From the NCBI GenBank assembly GCA_951406725.2, contig OX597814.1, forward strand, positions 162,192,001 through 162,256,000: a DNA stretch of 64,000 bases. Direction: 5' to 3'. Under the pieces are notes generated by a model. It had not been told where the DNA came from. It searched no databases and saw only the letters and a program-made list of their open reading frames with translations. Made by a program: the position numbers and the translations under genes. How positions within the stretch are numbered: the first letter of the stretch is position 1; every line of letters begins with the position of its first letter. Origin of the DNA: Octopus vulgaris (lineage: Eukaryota). This document shows, piece by piece, positions 54,051-64,000 of the stretch.

Positions 54051-55654
54051 GGTGCTATAGAATAATTGCAGGTCATACTTTTTACCTGACAATAAATAGA
54101 GTAAATTGCTCTGTCCGGAAATGGAATTTATATACTAGCAGCCAACTGATTTGAGCTCATGGCCCATGAACAGATAATTCACTACCTTCATGTCCCTAAT
54201 TTTAGAAGGGTCAATGTTGCAATAATCTCTTATAGGCATTTTCTTAAAAATAAAAACTTTTGGAAAATTACTTCAAGAAAATCACTTAACAATTTACTAA
54301 AATTGATTCTATAGAAAATTTGATAAAAAGATTAAACTTCTTTTCCCCCCTCTTTAGAACTTCATTCCTCTATAAGAAGCTCACTTTCATGTTTGTATTT
54401 CCTTTTTCCTTTAACCACCAAATTTCAACAGCTGAAGCAGTTTAATCTTGCAATCAGATTAAAATAATAAAGGTGGTAGAATGCAAGCTCATCCCCAATC
54501 CTGATAATGGAGGATTAAACATATTTTTCCATGGCATTGCCTATACCTCCATCCAGGACTTCCAAGATTGGTGGCAGTATCAAAGCAGATGCTGTTAAAT
54601 GTACCCATATGCCATGTGGTTATTATTGTTGTTGTTATTGTTATTGTAGTTTAACCCCAAGTAAAATATGATCAAGTAGATGTATGATCAAAGGTATTCC
54701 AGCTGTGGCCATCTCAACTTTTTTATGCATCTAGGACAACAATGTTTAATGTGCCCTTCCTTTTTTTAACAGTGGGGTGTGATTGAAAGCAAGCTGGTTG
54801 TTATTTCTAGTGGGCTGAGCAAATACATAGAGATCATCACAATAGTTCAGAAGGTGGTGTTAACAAAAGCTACAACAGTAACTCCACACAAAATTTACCA
54901 ATACATCACCCATATATTAAAATGATTACTATTACTTTGGAAGGTGAGTTATCCAATTCATTAGTGCCCTCATTTAAGGAAGCATTGGACAAGGGTAGCT
55001 GCACCCACACTATTACACAGATTTGACAGTCCCTCCTTACAAATTATTGGGTATTAAAAAAAATTATTAGTTAGTAATTACACAAACAAATTTTGATAGA
55101 GTCTTTTGCTCATATAACTGAACTTTATATGTTTTAATCCAGCTCTGAGTCTTAAATAGCTTTAAATAAAGAGCTATATGCTGTAGTACTGTGAGCTGAA
55201 TTAAAGATTAATATTAATCTATTTCACCTCTTAACACAATATAGATACACCTTCTTTTCTGAGATGGCAAAATGAACCAACAATGAAGCTTCTATGCAGT
55301 AGCTCAACTTGCTAGAAAAAGCAGTTAAATTTTCTAAAATCACACTAATTGGATTGGTTATAAGGAAGACTGTACCCACGTCCTTTAATCTTTTGCCATT
55401 TAGATTACTGTGTCAAATATTATATTTATAATACTTATCTATATTGTTTTGAATTAATCCTGCATTATCTCATAGCTTCAAGATTTTGATGATGTGATTG
55501 TTTATTGTTAGAATGAAGTTGTGGGGTAAGTATAAGAGGGTAGATCTGGTCAGTTTGAACATAAAGCAGGTAGAATATAGGGGCCAGATATGACTAGTTT
55601 AAATGTTAAAGGGGCTAAAGATCTTCAGAGGCTGGTGAGATTAATGAAGCTAAA

Positions 55655-56150
55655 ATTCCTCTAGAACAGTTGTAAATCGATGGTAAATAACTGCAGGGAA
55701 GTTCTGGGAAGGAAGGACTCAGCATAATGATTATTGCAGGGCCTGTTGGGGTGGACACAATATGGATGACAAAAGAAAAAGAGAAAAGTAAGCCAAGATG
55801 GTCGACATTCTGGGAAGGAAGGAGTAAGAAAGATCGCTAGTGTGAGATCTGGGAGGTTTGACACAACACGGGTGATTAAAGGAGGAGTGATGTGTGATTT
55901 AGAAGTGTCTGAGTAGAAGTGATCTAAGAATAGTTAGCTTCATTATAATGGCTATTGAAAAGGCAGTGAGAGAAGACAACATGTGTTTGAATGAAAGGCT
56001 GGAGCATATCTGCAAATGACTATATATCAATCAGACTGAATGATCTTTTTTTGGATGCAATCTAGGATAACTGAGTTTGCAGCAACAGCACCAACAATAC
56101 TCCATTGTTTGGTTCATCTAACAGAAGGGAATATGAGAAATGGAGCTTCA
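55655..56150 (-). mobile_element. Degenerate CR1/L2-like LINE ORF2 C-terminus
   Basis: Minus-strand remnants PTMEYCW, ILDCIQKK and HPYCVH..NHYAESFLPRT...DLQLF resemble the terminal RPxMEYC..W / LDxIQ / SFFPRT motifs of these LINEs. Confidence 0.6.
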
Positions 56151-56560
56151 ACATATTCACAGTTTGATAAAAAGAACAACTCCAAAATATGTTGGCAATG
56201 TCATTATTTGTTTGCTGGTTAAATTTATTTTTCAAGCTTCACAAAATAATCTTCTTTTTCTTATGCCACTTATTTTATTACTGTTACTTGTTTCCAGTAC
56301 AAACTCTCAATGGTTAAGGAATTTCAAGTGCAATCATTCAAGATTTGTAATCATACAATGCCACCATAGGACCCTTCACATAGTCTGTACCTTGTTTAAA
56401 AGGTTTGCTCCCCAAATTATTAAGTCTTTTTGATTTAACCAACGATGTGTTCAACGTTATCTTTTATCTTTCACTTGTTTCAGTCAGTGGACTGTGGCCA
56501 TGTGGGGCATTGCCTTTGAAGGTTTAGTCAAACAAATTGGTCACAGAATGTATTTTTTAA

Positions 56561-56780
56561 CCCTTTAGTGTTCAGATTATTCTGTCAAATGTGATGTTTG
56601 TTTATTTAAAATGGTTTGAATTAAGCATGCATTATCTTGTAGTTTAGAGATTTCAGTGATGTCATTTTTTAGTTTTAGAACGACATGGTAGGGCTGAGGT
56701 GAGAGGTGAGATCTGGTCAGTTTCAATATAAAACAGGTTAAATATTTTGGCCAGATATGGCCGGTTTGAATGCTAAAGGG
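56561..56780 (+). mobile_element. piggyBac-type MITE family 1 nested in a SINE (about 56470-57062, minus)
   Basis: TTAA|CCCTTTAG...CTAAAGGG|TTAA; the SINE resumes at gcctggtgcttattctat. Confidence 0.85.
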
Positions 56781-57376
56781 TTAAGCCTGGTGCTTATTCT
56801 ATTATTTTTGTTTGCTGAATTACTAAGTTATGGTGGGGGACAGACATAACACTAACATATAAGACACACACACTCATTTGGGTGTGTATGTGTAAATAAT
56901 ATATGACAGGCTTCTTTCTGTCTACCAAATCCATTCACAAGGATTTGATTAGCCCAGGGCTATAGCAGAAGACACTTGACTGAGGTGCCACACAATTGGA
57001 AAGAACCCAAGACCAAATGGTTGGGAAGCAAGCTTTTCAACCACACAGCCACACCTACACCTATATAAAGAAATTTTAAAACAAAACAAAACAAAAACAA
57101 AAATCAAATAAGCCACTCATAATACAGTTTACTGAGAGTTGTAACTGGTGGAGGTGACAAGAAATTGGACTGTGAGTTGAAGGGTCATAATTCACAGTCA
57201 GTTACATTGTGTGATAGCCATACCCAGATACTTTATTTTCATTGACTATTTTCAGATACCACAATGAGATTGTTGTTGCAATTATAGTTGTTTAGCCTCA
57301 GATTAACCTTGACCAATATATGACCAAAGGTATTCCAGTCATATCCATTCTGTTTATTTTCAAACACAGTGTGTAT

Positions 57377-57543
57377 ACTCTTTATCTTTTACTTGTTTCA
57401 GTCATTTGACTGCGGCCATGCTGGAGCATCACCTTTAGTCGAGCAAATCGACCCCGGGACTTATTCTTTGTAAGCCCAGTATTTATTCTATCGGTCTCTT
57501 TTGTTGAACTGCTAAGTGACGGGGACGTAACACAGACACACAA

Positions 57544-57596
<53 letters not shown>

Positions 57597-57794
57597 AGTT
57601 TAATCCAAACAAGAAAGCACAAAAAAACACAACAACGCGAGGACGTGGAACAAATATAGTATTATTGGATGCTCAGGAAAGAAGGGAAGAAGGAGGGTTT
57701 AACGTTTCGAGCGGAGCTCTTCGTTGGAAACATAGGAGAAGGAAAGATCCCGAGAAGGGAAGACAGAGGAAAAAAATCGCCAATGGTACACACG

Positions 57795-57837
<43 letters not shown>

Positions 57838-58001
57838 CGACAGGCTTCTTTCAGTTTCCGTCTACCAAATCCACTCACAAGGTATTGGTCAGCCCGGGGC
57901 TATAGCAGAAGACACTTGCCCAAGATGCCATGCAGTGGGACTGAACCCGGAACCATGTGGTTGGTAAGCAAGCTACTTACCACACAGCCACTCCTGCGCC
58001 T
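57377..58001 (-). mobile_element. tRNA-derived SINE split at its microsatellite
   Basis: Tail 57377-57590 and head 57835-58001 match 50390-50827. Confidence 0.85.
57597..57798 (-). mobile_element. Penelope-like terminal fragment with degenerate hammerhead motif (57697-57731)
   Basis: Minus strand: GTTT-CcaACGA-A-GAGC(tcc)GCTC-GAAA-CG-TT-AAAC. Flanked by (TA)n and homologous to 7790-7927. Confidence 0.65.
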
Positions 58002-59261
58002 GTATCTAGGACTACACTACCCAAAATGCCCTTTTTGTGAGATGGTACAGTGTGGTTTAAAGAAAGTTTGACAGCTATTTCTAGCAAGTAAAAGCATCCT
58101 AGTTGGTTGGTGCATCCTAGTTGACTATCTGAAGATGGTAGGATGTGATGAGAGCGAGGTTTAGCTGTTACTCCTAGTAGGTCAAACAACTGTGTACAAA
58201 TATAAGCTCTTGCTGATTCACACATCATTCTTATTTGCTTAAGATGGTAGGGTTGATTTGAGAGATATTTTGGCCGCTTTGTCTAGCAACCATGTAAAGG
58301 CATCTTTGCAGACTTATTCCTTGTTTCATGCTGTTGTGTTACTATGGGAAAGAACTTATGTTGTCTTCAGGTTGCCTTAGGGCCATATCACTACCATTGA
58401 TTTATGGTATCTATTAAAGAAAGAATATATTTGTTCCCCATCATAATCAATAAAAATGAAAATAAAAAAACAAGAACCAATGAAGGAACCCTTACACAGT
58501 CGCACAACTTACTAGAAATAGCAGAAACAGTCACCTCAAATTACTTGTTACAAGCATTACAGGAATTACACACAAAATACTGTAACTGGGATAAATTATG
58601 TTTGAATAAAAAACAGCATGAGTACAACTGAAATGGCTTCAAGCATATGGTCTGCTTAATATGGGCAGACCTAAATTTCCACTGTCTGAAAAGACTAAAC
58701 AGAACCAATAACATATTGCAGTTTGAAGTTATCAGACCACTGCTAAAAGCTATTTAATTTTCATATAAAATTTAAAATTTAAATATGCTCATATATGTCT
58801 TTTAGTCTATTCATCTTATTAATTATTTACATACTTTTTCATATGGTATAATCAGACATTGTTGGTTCTACATTTTAGAGCCACTGAGACTGGGAGAGTT
58901 TATCTTTTCACCAGAGACATAACTCTCATGCTTGCAATAGAGAAAAATTTGCTAAAAGCACTCAATATTAAGATGGTGGATTAAGTCTACCCTCCATGAA
59001 GAGGAACAGTTTCTAATGAGCTTCCACATGGTTTCTGTCAGTAATTTCACTCAAAAAGCTTTAGTTAACCCAAAGCTATAGCAGAATTCATTTGCCCATT
59101 TCCCCACATAGTAAGAGTGATCAGTACTTTGTTGTACTGTTTAATTTCTCTTATTGAAGGACTTTTTTTCATAATCATTCCTTATGCCTTTACATGGTTG
59201 CTAGTCATAGCAGCCAAATTTTAGGGATATTTGACATCTAAATGAAGATACTCTGTATTAA

Positions 59262-59479
59262 CCCTTTAGCATTCAGATTACTCTCTCAAATGTAATGCTT
59301 AATTAGTCACATTATTTTGATTTAATTATGTATTACCTTGTAGCATTGAGATTTTGATGATGTGATTGTTTATTTTTAGAATGACATTGTAGGATAGATC
59401 TGAGAGGCCAGATCTGGAAGTTTGAACATAAAACAGGTAGAATAATTGGGCTGGATATGGCTGATTTAAATGTTAAGGG
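59262..59479 (+). mobile_element. piggyBac-type MITE family 1
   Basis: TTAA|CCCTTTAGCATT...aatgttaaGGG; body about 220 bp, matching 56561-56780. Confidence 0.8.
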
Positions 59480-61177
59480 TTATGGGTTGCATATTGAAGC
59501 TATGTGAAAATGATGATGTTGACAGCCTCTACCTTGCAGTGAGACTAAATTAGACATGTTTTCTGGACCAGAATAACCATAATATTTCTCTCTCTCTCTC
59601 TATCTCTATCTCTCTCTCTCTATCTCTCTCCCTCCCTCCCCCCTCTCTCTCTCTCACATGCACACACGCACACATCAATTCCTGAGCAGGTAAAGGAAAT
59701 AGATGTACAATGGTTGGAGTTTAATATTCTAGTATGCCAGATAAGGGAAGACCTAGGAGCTAAACAACAACAGCAGCAGTAGCAGCAGCAACAATAACAA
59801 ATGCTACGAATATACAACAGCCAATCCTGTATGAAGATAATTTTCTTTACAATTGTATTTCATTTGAGAGAGCTGATAATTATGTAATTGTATTGAGAAC
59901 AACCTTGAACGTAATCTTAGGAGAGAAACTTGTAAGACATTTGTGATAGACCTAATGCATTTCCAGGTTTTAATACCCTTGGGTGCATCTAGAGTGCACA
60001 CTGTTGCCTGCATCTGGGCCATGTCTATAGTCTAAGGATAACAATGCATTGTTTTCTACTGCAGTAAACTATGAGTAATGGGTTCTATCCCACTTTGCTC
60101 CCACACCAGCAACACAGAAATGGGATATAAGTACTACCTCTTCCTCCACTGAAAAAAATAGAATTACTTAGGGAGACAATAATAAATCTCTGAACGAGGT
60201 ATAAACAGTAGCTTACACTTTTTCGAGATCAGTGACTTTTCGTCACTGGAAAAAGGATATATGTATTTGCATTGGGATTGTCGTGCGCTGACGACAGGTA
60301 AATACCCAGAAACCTGGGTCCCATGCGTATCATGTCAAGTCGATGATGGGAAGGATGGCTTCTCTTTGCAAATACTGATAGGGCACAGAAAGTGCGTCAA
60401 CAGCCAGCTGGAGATGTTCTCCTGGGGCTACAAGCTACAGTAGCATCCACCCTTAGTGGTTAGCCACATTTAAGTAGCATATATACTTAGGAGACATTTT
60501 CCCAGTATTACAGAATTTGTTTGACCACAAAAACAATTGCTAAAAACTACATTCAGAATTCTACAAACAAGTTACATACTAAACAATGTTGATACCTTCA
60601 TTATGTTGATTTTTTTTTTTCGAAGAATTATATTTGCAAATGCAATTTATTTCAATGATAAACTTTAATAACAAAAAAAAAAAAGGAAAGAAGATCTAGA
60701 TTCTTATAATATGTTTCCTGGCAGAAGACCAAAGAAAGATTCTTTCAAGAAAATATTTGTAATTTTGCCAGAAAATGCAGACTTAAAATGATTTCTCTGT
60801 TCAATTAAAATTTTTATTATTTTACTTGCAGTTACAAAAGTTAAACAAAGAATTATAAATTTCATAACATATTTACAAATCATGAAAACTTTTGAACAAT
60901 TGATGCCGACCATTGTACATTTAATTCCCCTACCCACTCAGGAATTGATGAGTGCATGTGTGTGTGTGTATGCATGCATATGAGTCTGCATCTAAAGTAG
61001 GTATTCTGATCTAGAAAACAAATGCCTAATTTAGTCTCTCAGAAAACAATGTCATTATTTTCAGATGGTTTCCATGTACGACCGCCAAGAGATCAAATGA
61101 CAAATATCCCCAAATTCCTTGTTTCTCCTTAATCATCATCATCATCATCATCGTCTTCATTTAACGTCCATTTTCCA

Positions 61178-61356
61178 TGCTGGAGCACCACCTTTAGTTG
61201 AGCAAATCGACCCTATGACTTATTCTTTGGAAGCCTAGTACTTATTCTATTGGATTCTTTTGCTGAACCACTAAGTTATGGGGACGTAAACACACCACCA
61301 TTGGTTATCAAGCGATGTTGGGGGGACAAACACAGACACACACACATACATACATT

Positions 61357-61414
<58 letters not shown>

Positions 61415-61573
61415 TACGACAGGCTTCTTTCAGTTTCCCTCCACCAAATCCACTCACAAGGCTTTGGTCAGCCTGAGGCTATAGTAGAAGACACTTGCCC
61501 AAGGTGCCATGCAGTGGGAATGAACTCAGGACCATGTGGTTGGTAAGGAAGCTACTTACCACACAGTCACTCC
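61178..61573 (-). mobile_element. tRNA-derived SINE with tail replaced by an RTE-type (CAT)n end (61133-61180)
   Basis: Body matches 50430-50827. Confidence 0.82.
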
Positions 61574-62448
61574 AGAATAATTCAAGAGCAGTCAAACCAT
61601 AAAATAAAGTAATAGATAATGGTTTGTTTATACGATTAAGAAGTCCATATCACAACTATATAATTTCAGGTTCAAGAGTAAGTGTATTGCACTATAGCCT
61701 TAGGTTGACCAAAGCCTTATGAGTGAAATTTGGCCAACATAAACCATGTAGAAGCTCATCAGAGAGACCATTTCTTTTCTCGGAGGGTGGACTTAATCCT
61801 CCATCTGGACATTGAGAGCTTTTAGCCAAGTATACTCTAATGCAAGCATTTGAGCCGTGTCTCTAAAAAAGTATCAAGGGTGCTACCCATTCTCCTCTGA
61901 CTCTATCATTTGAAATAAACAAATAAATAAACGGAATAAAGCACATATATGAATAAATTTAAATTTTAAATTTCATGTGAAAATCAAACAACTTTCATCT
62001 GTGAGCTGATAATTACAAACGTTAATATTTTATTACTTCAATTTAGTTTTTTCAGGAAGAGCAAATTAATTTCTGATTGGTGTGGGTTCTTTCTATACAA
62101 ATTGTACTTTTTATACAATAATTGATTTCTCTTTACCAGTCGTAAACCAATTTTTATAGAGATGAGTATATAATTGATTGAATGAACCCTGATATATAAC
62201 TGTGTCTTAGTCAAGCCTTTGAGTGAAAAGCCTACATATGATCTCAGCCAGTTAGAAATAATAGATGAATCTTCCTCAGTTTCTACACTATCATTTTGCA
62301 AAAAAAATAAATAAATAAAAATAAAAATAAAAAAGAGAAAAAGAAATGGATGCTTTAGTTACTCCTAGAAGGATAAAAGGACAAGATGGTCATGGTTGGA
62401 GTGGCTCATGTATCTTCTCAAAGTTGATCTGGGGTTAAACAACAACAG

Positions 62449-62510
<62 letters not shown>

Positions 62511-62514
62511 ACTA
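62449..62514. repeat. (CTA)n(CTG)n microsatellite
   Basis: Read directly. Confidence 0.95.
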
Positions 62515-63761
62515 CATATTTTATTAGCCCTTGTGTAATAAATGGCAAAGCTATTACCAATGGGATTTGAAATGAAAGCATCAAAAAATGAGACTAAAAT
62601 CTCTATGGCATTTTGTCTCATGATCTAATTTTTCTGCCAACATACTATTCACATTTTCTTTATTATTGATTTCTCACATTGGTAGAAAGCTGGAAATATG
62701 TAAACACAGGTGCAGTGAGCCAATTAAATCGACCCCAGTAAATGCCTGTGTTTATTTTATCTTCAGTTAGACGAAAAGTTATGTCAACCCTCAGCAGGAT
62801 TTGAACTCAAATATCAAAAGAGACAAAGTTAATTACTGTAAGACATTTGCATCTGGTATGGCCACTGCTTTTGAAATTCCATTTCTCGTCACTGTTTACA
62901 TATTGATTGGAAAGGAAAATTACATTTCTAGCTATTTTGTTTAACTTTATATTATTTTGTATTGCTATTTCAATGTGAAGTTTATTATTTTATGATGGAA
63001 AAAGAATGTCTTTTTTTTATTTAACAGATGTTTCAGTTATTTTTGTATATCGCTGTTAAAAAAAGAGTTGTATATTAATTTTTCTAAGTCAGTTTTTTTT
63101 TAACAGTTAGACACAATCCATTTTATTGGCACCTCAACAATGAATTGAAATTGGTACTTATTATTTTCTAGTAAGGTAAACTGAAACAGGTGATTGAATG
63201 TATTTCAAAATTCTGTTTATTTATTCATATAAATAATATTTAAGCTTTGGTTTCCCCTTTTCCATTTTATTCATGAACCACAATTTCTGCTCCTTGAATA
63301 TAAGTAAATAAAGATTTTTCTCCCGCTATGACAAGGAGAAATGTTTTTATAGCAATTAATATTAAATATGAATTCCAACATCTAAATATATATCTAATGT
63401 AAACAATTATTTCGTAATAACTGTATGTTACAAAGAAAAGGAGCTTGAGGTTTTTGAGGAAGTTTTAATGGGAAGTTGTGATACCGATATTTGCTACCAA
63501 AATTAAAATAGGTTTGTGAATGGTAGAATAGAAATAATAGCACACTAAATATCATATATTTATTTATGGCTCTGCAAAAGGTCTCAATACAAATCTACTG
63601 AGAGTGGTTTTGACAGGAGTGCTAAAATACATGTTAGTTTATATATATATATATATACATCTTTTACCATTTCTCTTTTAGTTGTTTTTAGTCATTAGAC
63701 TGCAGCCACCTTGAAGAATTTTTGCTTGAATGAATTGACCTCAGGACTATATATATATCCT

Positions 63762-63978
63762 CATCATCAGCGTTTAATGTCCGCTTTCCATGCTAGCATG
63801 TGTTGGACGATTTGACTGAGGTCTGGTGAACCAGATGGCTGCACCAGACTCCAATCTGATCTGGCAGAGTTTCTACAACTGGATGCCCTTCCTAACGCCA
63901 ACCACTCCGAGAGTGTAGTGGGTGCTTTTATGTGCCACTGGCACAAGGGCCAGTCAGGCGGTACGCTCAAATGGTGCT
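63762..63978 (-). mobile_element. RTE LINE 3' end
   Basis: Near reverse complement of 33350-33555. Confidence 0.82.
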
Positions 63979-64000
63979 ATATATATATATATATATATAT

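Overview
AT-rich, microsatellite-dense animal DNA. The protein sequence and repeat families suggest a mollusc, most likely a coleoid cephalopod such as Octopus (recognised from memory, not from a database search). The only host gene I can support is the 5' half of a retinoid X receptor (RXR/NR2B) on the minus strand. It has an A/B-domain plus first zinc-finger-half exon (13408-12994), a 12.6-kb intron, and the rest of the DNA-binding domain (391-234); the gene continues off the left edge. Upstream are three separate short ATG-containing exons that all end in a phase-1 GTAAG donor compatible with the common exon: MDTSDI, MAHLPFGHYRNP and MWLIGNGARAGYETTNNSIP. This suggests three alternative N-termini, with a CpG-enriched promoter region at about 28-31.5 kb. 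The rest is intron or intergenic sequence full of mobile-element debris: a decayed Gypsy integrase; RTE, R4/Dong-like and CR1/L2-like LINE ends; two abundant tRNA-type SINE families; piggyBac-, hAT-, mariner- and Helitron-type non-autonomous elements; Penelope-like fragments with minimal hammerhead-ribozyme folds; and a tRNA-Asp pseudogene. Most of the supplied ORFs are microsatellite or repeat artefacts. Repeat boundaries are approximate unless terminal repeats or target duplications are quoted.
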